Position numbers and translations under genes: made by a program
Shown here: piece by piece, positions 47,797 to 56,774 of the stretch
How positions within the stretch are numbered: position 1 is the stretch's first letter
Layout: every line of letters starts with the position of its first letter
The notes under the pieces: model-generated
What the model was told of the DNA's origin: nothing
Databases searched by the model: none
What the model saw: only the letters and a program-made list of their open reading frames with translations
Virus record (IMG/VR): IMGVR_UViG_3300027770_000026
Span: 186,001-250,000 of that record
DNA length: 64,000 nucleotides
Direction: 5' to 3' (one strand)

Positions 47797-48003
47797 TTAG
47801 GCTCCCTTAGTTTCTTCGGTTGGAGCAGGTTTAGGTTCTTTTGAATCTAAGAATGCTTCTACCTTTGCGTAAATCTCGCCAACGGCAACAAATTCCTTAG
47901 TTTGGAATGCTCCCCTTTTAGAGGCAACGTCAACGATAGCAAGAAGATTCCTGATATCGGCGATACTTAGTGTTGGCTCTGGTGCTGTTGCATTTTCTGT
48001 CAT
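47797..48003 (-). CDS. Small conserved phage protein
   Basis: LSIADIRNLLAIVDVASKRGAF...E...VG..Y.K...FL; AGGAG SD. Confidence 0.65.
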   Translation of the reverse strand: MTENATAPEPTLSIADIRNLLAIVDVASKRGAFQTKEFVAVGEIYAKVEAFLDSKEPKPAPTEETKGA

Positions 48004-48058
48004 AATAAACTCCTTAAAGTTGCATGCTGAATATTTAAGCATGCAACAGTGGCCAGTC

Positions 48059-48083
48059 AAAAAAAAGCCCCGTTGCCGGGGCT
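48059..48083 (-). terminator. Rho-independent terminator after ligase
   Basis: AGCCCCG-GCAA-CGGGGCT followed by U-tract on minus strand. Confidence 0.8.
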
Positions 48084-48094
48084 AAGGTAAATCG

Positions 48095-49405
48095 TTAAAT
48101 CTTTTCGCCTCGTAGGTTACGGAAGCGCACAAAGCGAGGGAAGCGTAGACTGTAACTGCCGTCCTGATTCTGTGTTACGGCATCGGCCATCACTTCAACC
48201 AGTTCGCCAGTAACGGAACTAGCATTAAGCCAAAAATCGTCACGCTGTTCATCGCTAAAGCCACTGCCTACGTTAACCTGGATAGTGCGTCCGTTATCCA
48301 CGCCTTCACATACCAAAGCACCCAAACGTCCTTCATTCTTACCCGTTCCTTCTTCTAATCCCGTAACTGCAAGATCCACAGTAATTACAGGTTTGACCTT
48401 TAGCCATGCATGCGATCGCTTAAGTTCATAGAGCGCGCCGGGGTCCTTGACCATAATGCCTTCATAACCACCTGTAATGGCACTTGCGTTGATCTCACGG
48501 AAACGCTGCTGCCCTGCATTGCTACTGAGATCAACCAACTCCTGTTCCACTACCCGCACGTTTGGCAGTGCAGATGATACTAAACTGTACCAAGTCATCA
48601 ACTGTTCGCTGCGATTGCTCTGTACTTGAATACCAGCATCCTCAACGAACTCGTTCAATGGAATGATGTCAAACAAGTATAGCACTGCATCGCTAGCAGC
48701 AACATCAGTCTTACGATGTATCTGCTTCATGAGGTCTTGGAAGCTATTGCTCATTACCTCACCATCTAGTACCATTGGCTCTGTAAACTGCCCTGCAACC
48801 TTAGCAAGCTGACGCTTGATCCGTTCGAAGTTTACCAGTTCCTTGCCGCTGCGGCTGTACTGATCTACTCGACCATTGGGGTACACAATAGTGAGAACAC
48901 GCACCCCATCCAACTTGACTTCGATAAACTTTTCGCCTGTCATCCGCTTGGGATGGTCAGTCCCATCGTGCGCCAACTGGCAAGTGAATACCGGTACCCG
49001 AAGATCCCCCCTGCCGGCATCTGCCAGCACGTCGTTGATAGTCTTTTCAGACGTACCACAACGCAAATCTTTAATAAGGATACGACGGTACCAATGGTTC
49101 CATTCGTTGTTAGTAGCACAGTCCATTGCTGCCTTGATAGCATCACGAGCAGCATGACCAGTCAGTTCGCGCTGACTAAGTTGGAAAGCGAGGTCACGGA
49201 ATTCTTCCCAAGCAAGCCCCCGACCATTAACACCGCTACGCTCTGGCACTTGCTTAACACCAAAGGTAGTCAGTGCATCGTAGGTCAAACGCACGCCGTG
49301 GAAAAACTCTTCGCAACCTTCTGTCAGTGCGCGAGAGACAATAGCAATTTTGTCCTTGCGTCCTGACGTAGCCTGCAGATCCAATACAACCTGTTCTGGT
49401 TTCAT
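48095..49405 (-). CDS. lig: ATP-dependent DNA ligase
   Basis: EVKLDGVR (motif I), LDGEV, EGIMVKD, WLKVKP, SLRFPRFVRFR. Confidence 0.93.
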   Translation of the reverse strand: MKPEQVVLDLQATSGRKDKIAIVSRALTEGCEEFFHGVRLTYDALTTFGVKQVPERSGVNGRGLAWEEFRDLAFQLSQRELTGHAARDAIKAAMDCATNNEWNHWYRRILIKDLRCGTSEKTINDVLADAGRGDLRVPVFTCQLAHDGTDHPKRMTGEKFIEVKLDGVRVLTIVYPNGRVDQYSRSGKELVNFERIKRQLAKVAGQFTEPMVLDGEVMSNSFQDLMKQIHRKTDVAASDAVLYLFDIIPLNEFVEDAGIQVQSNRSEQLMTWYSLVSSALPNVRVVEQELVDLSSNAGQQRFREINASAITGGYEGIMVKDPGALYELKRSHAWLKVKPVITVDLAVTGLEEGTGKNEGRLGALVCEGVDNGRTIQVNVGSGFSDEQRDDFWLNASSVTGELVEVMADAVTQNQDGSYSLRFPRFVRFRNLRGEKI

Positions 49406-49797
49406 AGTGTGTAATCTACTCCCATATTAGCTAACTGTTGACGTGTTTCCGTAATCATTGCGTGTGGTACCTTAAAGGTAATCTTATTACTCTCGCTAAG
49501 GTCTTTGGCTTCCTTGAGCCCAATGTTAGTGCAGACACGAATCAATTTGATTAGTGCTACCTTGTGATTAGCAGGATAGTATTTGATATGACAGACACGT
49601 TTAAATTCGCTAGCACCAGTTATCATTGAGAAGAATATAGATGACCGCACATCTTCTCCCAGTGTAGCCGATACGCTATCCCAAATAACCATACCCTCTT
49701 CGCTACCGTAGATTTCAGTAACGGTAGCAATGAAGCTTAATGAGCTATCAACTAACTCATTCTTTTGATTAACAGTGAGCTCTTCCCAGCTAGTCAC
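49402..49797 (-). CDS. Protein with ribosomal bL12 (L7/L12) C-terminal-like domain
   Basis: KVALIKLIRVCTNIGLKEAKDLSE matches bL12 CTD KxxVIKxVRxxTGLGLKEAKDLVE. Confidence 0.7.
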   Translation of the reverse strand: MTSWEELTVNQKNELVDSSLSFIATVTEIYGSEEGMVIWDSVSATLGEDVRSSIFFSMITGASEFKRVCHIKYYPANHKVALIKLIRVCTNIGLKEAKDLSESNKITFKVPHAMITETRQQLANMGVDYTL

Positions 49798-49806
49798 AGG
49801 AACTCC

Positions 49807-51039
49807 TTAGTGCTTCTTCTCAATGGGATAGTAAGCATGGTTACCAAAGGGCGGAACAATGCTCTCGGTGCCATGGATGATGAACACGGTATCACAGTAG
49901 TCCGGCTTGCCCCATGCACCCCACGGATAACCGTCAGTGAACATGATGAACTTCTTAGGACGGATGTCATTCTCTTCCATCCAGTTCCAGTTAGCCATGA
50001 ACTCAGTACCACCACCGCCGTGAATCTCATACGAGTTGAGATCGTAACGATTGCACTCGTCATATTCCTGCGGATTGTACACCTGAGTATCAAAGCACCA
50101 TATCTTCAATTTGAAGTCACGGAACTGATCCATGATGCCCTGGATTTCGCCGAGGAAGTCACGCACCATCTGTTCCGAGATGCTACCGCTGACGTCAATC
50201 GCAACACAGATGTCTACCGTCTCTTCGGGAAGCGAGCCGGGCAAGTAAATGCCGCTGCTCCAAGTCTTACGGTTGGGACGCTGCCAAGTGTAGTCTGCAC
50301 GGATCAAGCTCTGGATCTGCTGACGCAGTAGTTCACGCCAGGAGATCTGCGGCTCCGTAAAGTCCTTGATCAGCTTCTTAACGAAGCCGGGAATGTTACC
50401 AGCACCAGCACTCTTAGCAGCAGCAAGCACTGCCTCGCGGAACTCGTCACGCAGTTCCTTAGCCAACTCCTTGCTAATAGTAGGAGCCTTACCGTTGCCG
50501 CCACCATCGCCGGATTCGCTGTCGCTCTTGCCCTTGCCTTCCTCGTCGCCTTCGCCGTCGCCAATCTCAAGATGGATGTCCAAGGTACTCTTACCCTTGT
50601 ACTTCTCTTCGTCCTTCTTGACGAGGTCATAGACCTCTTCGGTGAACATGCCGCGGAACTTGCGGTCATACAAGGGGGTGACCACCTTGATCAGTTCGCC
50701 AACACCACCGTCAACCAACTCTTGGTTAATCACGTAGTCGCCAGCCACGTTCCACAACACTTTGTCGCGGTCGCCTAAACGACCAAAGTGGTCAAGAACG
50801 CAGTGGCCAATCTCGTGACCTACCAAGAACTGTGTTTCTTTGATGCTGAGTTTGTTCACAAAGTCACGGTTGATGAACAAGCTCTTGCCGTCGGTGGCAG
50901 CAGTGGGGCACCAGCCCTCATCGGTCACATCGCAAATCTTGAGTCGCGTTGCAAGGTTGCCCCAAAAGGGTTGATTCATCAGCAAGCCAACGCGGGCTGT
51001 GATAATCTTCTTTTCAATTTCTGCGTAGCTCACTGTCAT
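49807..51039 (-). CDS. Metallopeptidase + vWA domain protein (DUF2201-like)
   Basis: TAATDG, GHEIGHC HExxH, acidic Gly linker, AIDVSGS MIDAS, GGGGTEF, FTDGY. Confidence 0.85.
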   Translation of the reverse strand: MTVSYAEIEKKIITARVGLLMNQPFWGNLATRLKICDVTDEGWCPTAATDGKSLFINRDFVNKLSIKETQFLVGHEIGHCVLDHFGRLGDRDKVLWNVAGDYVINQELVDGGVGELIKVVTPLYDRKFRGMFTEEVYDLVKKDEEKYKGKSTLDIHLEIGDGEGDEEGKGKSDSESGDGGGNGKAPTISKELAKELRDEFREAVLAAAKSAGAGNIPGFVKKLIKDFTEPQISWRELLRQQIQSLIRADYTWQRPNRKTWSSGIYLPGSLPEETVDICVAIDVSGSISEQMVRDFLGEIQGIMDQFRDFKLKIWCFDTQVYNPQEYDECNRYDLNSYEIHGGGGTEFMANWNWMEENDIRPKKFIMFTDGYPWGAWGKPDYCDTVFIIHGTESIVPPFGNHAYYPIEKKH

Positions 51040-51064
51040 TGCAATCTCCTTACCTTATGTTCGT

Positions 51065-51093
51065 ATTATACGAAAACGCTCAAAGAAATGCAA
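51065..51093 (-). promoter_or_regulatory. sigma70 promoter
   Basis: TTGCAT-17 nt-TATAAT upstream of the vWA gene. Confidence 0.75.
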
Positions 51094-51111
51094 CAACTAA
51101 ATTCTCAATAG

Positions 51112-51159
51112 AATCAATGACTTACGCAGCCTAGAAAAGCTAGTAAAATCAATGACTTA
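51112..51159. promoter_or_regulatory. Two IHF consensus boxes (AATCAATGACTTA)
   Basis: Exact WATCAANNNNTTR matches at 51112-51124 and 51147-51159. Confidence 0.6.
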
Positions 51160-51161
51160 CG

Positions 51162-51686
51162 CTAGAGTGCAGCGTACGGGATAGTGTTAGCTGATTCCAT
51201 TTCCTGTTTGAGCTCAACCAAATCGTCAAATGTCAACCTGTTTGGGTCCAAACGCGGACTGTAAATAGCACTATTCTTTTCAGCTTCGATCATCTCGCAG
51301 CTCACAACCCAATTACGACCACCGTTTTGTTTCTGCAGCATGTCGTCTACATACTCGCCAACATACTGAGCAAGCCCTTCGCAACTGATTAAGGGGAAGG
51401 TCTGCAACTTGCAATGACCCTTAACAGTAAGCTCGCGGAACGTGGTTACCAGTGGATCGTCTGCTTGGAGGATTACCGTATGGTCAAACCAATCTTCCAG
51501 TTGACGCTTGATAGCCTTAAGGCCACCAAAATCCACAACAAAGCCCTGCTTGTCTAGATTGTCGCAACCAAATACAAACTTGAAGCTGCGGTCGTAACCA
51601 TGCAGCATGTAGCAATCGGTATCACTCTTCCAATTGCGATAGGCACATGGGCCAATCTCCTTAAAGAACTTGGTACTAGTATACAT
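51162..51686 (-). CDS. queD: 6-carboxytetrahydropterin synthase / PTPS family
   Basis: C..LHGY...F..D.LD..G.VVDFGGLK.IK..L...FDHT...CEGLA. Confidence 0.8.
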   Translation of the reverse strand: MYTSTKFFKEIGPCAYRNWKSDTDCYMLHGYDRSFKFVFGCDNLDKQGFVVDFGGLKAIKRQLEDWFDHTVILQADDPLVTTFRELTVKGHCKLQTFPLISCEGLAQYVGEYVDDMLQKQNGGRNWVVSCEMIEAEKNSAIYSPRLDPNRLTFDDLVELKQEMESANTIPYAAL

Positions 51687-51724
51687 AAAAATTCCTGATG
51701 TTTAGATATTGTACTTATACAGCA

Positions 51725-52222
51725 TCAGGCAGCAAAGCCTAACAATTTCATAGCATAGTAATCTCGCAAGCCAGACCACTGCGACGAGTAGATAGTAACG
51801 TACACTGTATATTCACGAATGGTAGATTCCCACGGACTGGTGTTACCAAAGTACTTGCCAGCCCCCCGCCGCCAAGTACCCATCTTTACACCAGGGATAG
51901 CGTTAAAGAAGCCCTGCACAAAAGAGTCCATTTCGTGTACTAAACTATCTTCAGCAGACCCATAAACATATGCGCTCATTATAGCAGTAACATATCCCTC
52001 TTCCATAAAAAAAAGAGTAGAATCCTCGTCATCTTCGTTGAGACTACTATACTGTAGTCTCTCATCAAATTGAATGCGACTCATATACATGAAAGGAACG
52101 TTAGGGGCAAACAGGTGCTGCTTCTTGACCAGTACCGTAAAGACATCCTGAATTGGAATAATCTTTGGTTGGAGAGTCTCCAACAACTTAGTCAGCTTAC
52201 GCTTGTTTGCCTGCTTGGTCAT
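51725..52222 (-). CDS. Hypothetical protein
   Basis: 165 aa ORF in co-oriented operon. Confidence 0.5.
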   Translation of the reverse strand: MTKQANKRKLTKLLETLQPKIIPIQDVFTVLVKKQHLFAPNVPFMYMSRIQFDERLQYSSLNEDDEDSTLFFMEEGYVTAIMSAYVYGSAEDSLVHEMDSFVQGFFNAIPGVKMGTWRRGAGKYFGNTSPWESTIREYTVYVTIYSSQWSGLRDYYAMKLLGFAA

Positions 52223-52410
52223 TAGTGAATCAACTCGCTAGCCGGCACTTCCAGTACAGCAGGAATACTGGCAATGTTTTGATTGCTGCGCAGCACCTTG
52301 AATACCGTGTCTGCACCTAGCTCTTCATCAATGAGAAGAGTGTCGCCGTCCCACCTTGCCAGAATTAGATTCTGTTCAAGGCACTTGAGAATAGTGTTAC
52401 GATAGCTCAT
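52222..52410 (-). CDS. Small hypothetical protein
   Basis: Start MSYRNTILK at 52410; abuts both neighbours. Confidence 0.5.
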   Translation of the reverse strand: MSYRNTILKCLEQNLILARWDGDTLLIDEELGADTVFKVLRSNQNIASIPAVLEVPASELIH

Positions 52411-52420
52411 ATGTTTCCCC

Positions 52421-52804
52421 TTACCAACTGGCCTGATAGTGAATGGTGCGTAGCAACTTAGTGTCTTCTTTGAGCCAATCAAGCACCTTACCCAACTGCT
52501 CTACGTCGAGCGCAATTTCGTCCTCGTCCATGTAGCTCTTGCCAAAGAAGGCTCCTTCGGTATGCGGTAACGATAAACCTTTTACTGCTTCAACAATGTC
52601 CAGCAAGTCCGTAGCCGTTAGCGGAATATTCTGGCACTCGTCTACACCTCCCGCAAACTGCTGCACGATGTAACCGTGCAGGTTAGGATGCTTACGCCAG
52701 TAGGCCAGTTCGAGGTCATCGCCCGATTCTACCAAGTCAGTCGCGTCCGGATCCGTAGTCCAAACGCGATGCTCCTTACCAAACATCCACATGTCAAGTC
52801 CCAT
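52421..52804 (-). CDS. Conserved phage protein (MGLD...YWRKH..LHG...YQASW family)
   Basis: Characteristic motif string, AGGA SD. Confidence 0.7.
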   Translation of the reverse strand: MGLDMWMFGKEHRVWTTDPDATDLVESGDDLELAYWRKHPNLHGYIVQQFAGGVDECQNIPLTATDLLDIVEAVKGLSLPHTEGAFFGKSYMDEDEIALDVEQLGKVLDWLKEDTKLLRTIHYQASW

Positions 52805-52815
52805 GTCCTTACTCC

Positions 52816-53925
52816 TTACTTGGCGCTGACCGCAGCAGTGATGTACGCACCGTACTTCTTAGCAAACTCAGGGTAGGTCGTCATCTTGCTACCCTGGAAC
52901 ACCAAACCGTACTGCTGCATCGCAACCTTGACAGCAAGGATGCAGATCTCGGTGTTGAAGTTATCCATCATGTAACGGAAGAAGCAGTCGACCATGCCGT
53001 GCCACTCCTTGTCGTTAAGCTTACCCTTGTTCTTGGTGTAGTAGTCGCGCAGCTCGTAGCAGAGCGAAGTCATGAGACTGTACTGCGCACTGATCTCCTT
53101 GATCTTGAGGTCCTTGACCTTACCCGACAACACATCGCCAGGATTAGGCAACTGACCGTTGGTCTTGCGGTGCGCCATGAACTTTACAGCCAAGCCTTCA
53201 CCAACTGCGCCACTGACCAAGTCCATCACCGTGCTGTCGCTAGCAGCCTTGTCCTGCAGCATGTCGCTAACGAAATGCCAGCTACGGGGCGTAGCGAACG
53301 CACGACTGGCGCTGTTGGGGCTGAAGTCGTAGAGGTCGCCCTTAGCGTAGTTAAGGTAACCAACCACGTCCGGGTGGATGTTGTTATCCACAGCCCACAA
53401 CATCCACGTATCAAAGTCTGCACGGACCTCCAAGTGAACGAAGCGATTAGCCAACGGAGCCGGCATGCGATACGTGACGCCACGGTCACCTTCGCGGTTA
53501 CCTGCGGCAATGATCACCACGTTGTCGGGCAGTTCGTACTCGCCAATGCGGCGATTCAGCACCAGCTGGTATGCGCTGGCCTGCACCGCAGGAGCAGCAG
53601 AGTTGAGCTCGTCCAAGAACAGCACCACGTAGGGGTACTTCGCAGCCTGCTCCTTGCTGGGCAGTTCAGCCGGGGGAGCCCAACGCATACGACCGCTAGT
53701 GCCGTCGAAGTACGGCATACCCTTGAGGTCGGTTGGGTCCAGCAACGCCAAACGCAGGTCAATCAGCAGACCGCCACCTGCGCGAGCAATCTGCGCAGCC
53801 ATGTCGCTCTTGCCCAAGCCCGGCGGACCCCAGATGAAAACTGGACGCTTCGTGCGCATGGCCACGTCAACAGCCTTGCGGGCTTCGGTCAACGTCACAG
53901 TGCGAATTTCGTGGGACATATTCAA
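52816..53925 (-). CDS. MoxR-like AAA+ ATPase
   Basis: IWGPPGLGKS, LFLDELNSA, AAGNR, MPAPLANRFVH, FATPRSW. Confidence 0.9.
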   Translation of the reverse strand: MNMSHEIRTVTLTEARKAVDVAMRTKRPVFIWGPPGLGKSDMAAQIARAGGGLLIDLRLALLDPTDLKGMPYFDGTSGRMRWAPPAELPSKEQAAKYPYVVLFLDELNSAAPAVQASAYQLVLNRRIGEYELPDNVVIIAAGNREGDRGVTYRMPAPLANRFVHLEVRADFDTWMLWAVDNNIHPDVVGYLNYAKGDLYDFSPNSASRAFATPRSWHFVSDMLQDKAASDSTVMDLVSGAVGEGLAVKFMAHRKTNGQLPNPGDVLSGKVKDLKIKEISAQYSLMTSLCYELRDYYTKNKGKLNDKEWHGMVDCFFRYMMDNFNTEICILAVKVAMQQYGLVFQGSKMTTYPEFAKKYGAYITAAVSAK

Positions 53926-53948
53926 CTCCTTGTTCTAACTGTAGGACT

Positions 53949-53977
53949 AGTATAAGTCCAATTTAATTCCGTGTCAA
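53949..53977 (-). promoter_or_regulatory. Strong sigma70 promoter
   Basis: TTGACA-17 nt-TATACT upstream of AAA gene with AAGGAG SD. Confidence 0.85.
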
Positions 53978-54291
53978 GCCAAATTCAATTTGGGTTTGCG
54001 TTTTGCAATCAGCTCGCGCTCACGTTGGTGAGCCCAAGCCTTACCACGCCCCGTTTCCAGGATGGTGAGTTCAAAAGCCTCTGGCCCATACTCGCGCATC
54101 GCTTCGTAGAGGGGCCAGGGGCGGTGCTCACTGCGAGCACGATAAACGTGTTTCATAAAACGAGACTTTACACTGGAAAGCACCGTAGAGCAAGTCTTAG
54201 CAGTAATACCAATGTACTGCTTCTTGCCCAAACTCAGCATGTAAATTACATGAGTCCGATCGGTACGCTTTTTACGCTTCTTGCTTTCCAT
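53974..54291 (-). CDS. Small GIY-YIG nuclease
   Basis: HVIYML...YIGIT...RF.KH...LY.AMREYG..AF...E...I..LN; likely start MESKKRKK at 54291, 6 nt after a TATTAT -10 box. Confidence 0.75.
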   Translation of the reverse strand: MESKKRKKRTDRTHVIYMLSLGKKQYIGITAKTCSTVLSSVKSRFMKHVYRARSEHRPWPLYEAMREYGPEAFELTILETGRGKAWAHQRERELIAKRKPKLNLA

Positions 54292-54344
54292 GTTCGTATA
54301 ATAGCGAACTGCAAGCGAAACCACAAGAAATATAATCCTAATAG

Positions 54345-54422
54345 AATCAATGACTTACGTGATCTGCGTGTAAGTTGTTGATTTTGTTGGGAATTTAAAA
54401 GTCTAATAGAATCAATGACTTA
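54345..54422. promoter_or_regulatory. Three IHF consensus boxes
   Basis: AATCAATGACTTA at 54345-54357 and 54410-54422; inverted AATCAACAACTTA at 54371-54383. Confidence 0.6.
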
Positions 54423-54427
54423 CGCAA

Positions 54428-54817
54428 TCATGCGTTTAGGGACACAAAAACATCCCAATTTCCACCACTCATAATCCAACTGACCTGCATCTGCTCGTCC
54501 CAATGGGAGACTTCAAACTTATTGTGCCGCTGGGTAAGGAACCAGGGCTTGCCTTTGATATAGGTCAGCAAGTGAAACATCTTGCTACCGGTCATGATCT
54601 CTTTGACTGTAATGGTGTAAGGGGTATAAAGAGATTGAAGACATTTAAATCCATATTCGGTTAATCTCAGATTAGGATTGTCCCGGTGATACCAAATGTT
54701 TCGATTGCGAGTAGATTGAGAGTGTACAGCTACACTCTCGGGTGATTCACTGAGCAGCAACCCAATTTCAACTTCAAGTTGCTGCTTAGTTGTTCGCCAA
54801 TCTTCAAAAATCTGCAT
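54428..54817 (-). CDS. Hypothetical protein
   Basis: ORF coupled to glutaredoxin; NLRLTEYG motif. Confidence 0.55.
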   Translation of the reverse strand: MQIFEDWRTTKQQLEVEIGLLLSESPESVAVHSQSTRNRNIWYHRDNPNLRLTEYGFKCLQSLYTPYTITVKEIMTGSKMFHLLTYIKGKPWFLTQRHNKFEVSHWDEQMQVSWIMSGGNWDVFVSLNA

Positions 54818-55052
54818 TCAAGTTGGTCGCCAGATGGCTTTTGATTAGGTCTTGGAATCCACCAATACGTTCACCATCTACATAGATCTGCGGAACGGTG
54901 CGCACACCATTACCTACGCTTTCGTAAAACTTCTGACGTTCGCTGTCGTTATCTATTACGATTTCTTCGTATGCATAACCCCTTTGCTTGAGCCAGTTCT
55001 TAGCACTAACGCAATATGGGCAATTGGTCTTTGAATATACCTTAATGTTCAT
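54804..55052 (-). CDS. grx: Glutaredoxin
   Basis: YSKTNCPYC, RTVPQIY, IGGFQDL. Confidence 0.92.
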   Translation of the reverse strand: MNIKVYSKTNCPYCVSAKNWLKQRGYAYEEIVIDNDSERQKFYESVGNGVRTVPQIYVDGERIGGFQDLIKSHLATNLNADF

Positions 55053-55279
55053 GTAAATTTTCCACCTTGTAATTCTACTTCAGTGACCAAGCTAGTGGTC
55101 ACTTGTTCTTGCAGTTTAATATTCTGCTCTTGACTCTGCGTTAGCTGAAGCATAAGATATGTAAGATCGTCTGCCATGCGACGGGCAACATCGGTGCTAA
55201 ACCGAACTTCTTTTTTATTACTTCGTTCCGCGGCACTTACAGTGGCTACAAATTCTCGTAAATTAGCAGGATTAAACAT
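55049..55279 (-). CDS. Small hypothetical protein
   Basis: Coupled to glutaredoxin; ends VELQGGKF. Confidence 0.55.
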   Translation of the reverse strand: MFNPANLREFVATVSAAERSNKKEVRFSTDVARRMADDLTYLMLQLTQSQEQNIKLQEQVTTSLVTEVELQGGKFT

Positions 55280-55291
55280 TAGTATACTTAG

Positions 55292-55750
55292 TCAGTTATT
55301 AAGCGACTCTGCTTCTTCTTCGGTGTAGAAAGGTCCCCAAAAGCGATTACGGTTAAGTGTTAGCAACTTGGGACAAAACTCCTGCTTAAACTTGTTACCA
55401 TATTGAATACGATACCAACCTGCTGCAAAGAAACACTTGCTGTTTGGTACCTTAGTAAACAAAGGCAAACGTCGCTTGGCTTCGATCATGGGATCGTAAT
55501 ATGTATCGCAGTCTGTTGCATAACCCGCAAGATCATTTACACTTTGCGAGTCAATCTCATTGGATTCAGGCTCCCACTCTTCTACACCCAACTGCTTGCG
55601 TACTGCTTTTACAGTCTTAGCAGGAATTACACTGCCCTTACATGCAACAATGAATCCTTCGTCCGTCTTATGAACAGACGCAACTTTAATGTCTTCATCA
55701 TAGACCAGCCAACTGCGTCCAGGTGCAGTAGTTTTAATTGTTACATTCAT
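55292..55750 (-). CDS. Conserved phage hypothetical protein
   Basis: LPLFTK..NSKCFFAAGWY...FCPKLLTL.R..F.GPF.TEEEA. Confidence 0.65.
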   Translation of the reverse strand: MNVTIKTTAPGRSWLVYDEDIKVASVHKTDEGFIVACKGSVIPAKTVKAVRKQLGVEEWEPESNEIDSQSVNDLAGYATDCDTYYDPMIEAKRRLPLFTKVPNSKCFFAAGWYRIQYGNKFKQEFCPKLLTLNRNRFWGPFYTEEEAESLNN

Positions 55751-56712
55751 TTGAAAATCTCCATATATGCGTGTGCGCTTTGACTAATATTATCGAGCCC
55801 GTGCAATCCACAAAACTTCATAAAGTATGCGCCTGCTTGTGCTCGTGGCATTATAGCAGCTTTTGCAACTGTGATTGTATTATCTAGTTCTGTTTTGATC
55901 CAGTCTGGTTGTGCAGTAAGATCAATTAGGTGCCGATTACGCTCGTAATCTTCAATCACACGATGCTCAACTTCCTCGTGATCAACCCAACGCTGTAGCA
56001 TAAGATTGTTCCACTTGAAGCCACGATCCTTACGGTCAGTAAAAGCTTCTAGAAGTTGAGTCTTGCGAACGCGAGGAAAAGCACTAAACACATTATCGCT
56101 AGAATCCCCTCGCATACACTTCTCAAAAAGTAGCCATTCAGGATCACCCAACACTTTAGGCTCGCTAGTTTTCTTGTCAATGACTGGCTTAAACTTGTCA
56201 TCTGTGATACCGTCCTTTGAGATAATTTCTTTACTAATGCCGTTGAAAATCTTTACATTATCCGTAACTAACTGATAGAAGTCGCGGTCGCTGCTACAAA
56301 TAATGTGTTCGTCTTCGGGATGCAGTTGCGTCCATCGCGCAATAAAATCGTCAGCTTCACACTGCGAATGACGTAGTACTAGTGCACCACTACGCTCTTG
56401 TAGGAACTTACTGAATTCATCTAGCTTGTCCCAGAAAGCCTTGTCCTCTTCTTGTTCGCGAGGAGTTTGTGCGCCTCGTGCGTCTGTGCGATTCTTCTTG
56501 TACTTGGCGTATACATCCTTGCGCCAACTGCGCCCCTCGAGGCAGTATACCACACGATCTGCTGAGAATAGTTCCTGCGCTCGCTTTACGGAACTGAGTA
56601 AGATATGTAGTGCCATGCTGGTACGCATCTCAAGATCATCACCTTGAGCTACGAACCGAGCACGACTAAAAGTATTAGCGGTATCGACTAGTAGATATTT
56701 CATAATGTCCAA
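55747..56712 (-). CDS. rnh: T4 RNase H-like 5'-3' exonuclease / flap endonuclease
   Basis: LLVDTAN, CEADDFIA, SSDRDFYQL, RGDSSDNV. Confidence 0.88.
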   Translation of the reverse strand: MDIMKYLLVDTANTFSRARFVAQGDDLEMRTSMALHILLSSVKRAQELFSADRVVYCLEGRSWRKDVYAKYKKNRTDARGAQTPREQEEDKAFWDKLDEFSKFLQERSGALVLRHSQCEADDFIARWTQLHPEDEHIICSSDRDFYQLVTDNVKIFNGISKEIISKDGITDDKFKPVIDKKTSEPKVLGDPEWLLFEKCMRGDSSDNVFSAFPRVRKTQLLEAFTDRKDRGFKWNNLMLQRWVDHEEVEHRVIEDYERNRHLIDLTAQPDWIKTELDNTITVAKAAIMPRAQAGAYFMKFCGLHGLDNISQSAHAYMEIFK

Positions 56713-56774
56713 ACATAATTAGTGTATAGACATATTAAACTAGTACTATCGCAAAGTCAAACTTATTTTGGACG

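Noticed and set aside
52999-53955. 318 aa plus-strand ORF antisense to the AAA ATPase (also 49765-50331)
   Set aside because: Shadow ORFs expected from GC-rich biased codons on the opposite strand; no motifs or SD
51112-54422. Repeated AATCAATGACTTACG as a CRISPR or guide-RNA array
   Set aside because: Only 2-3 copies per locus, 13-18 nt long, with irregular spacing and mixed orientation; better explained as protein-binding (IHF) sites
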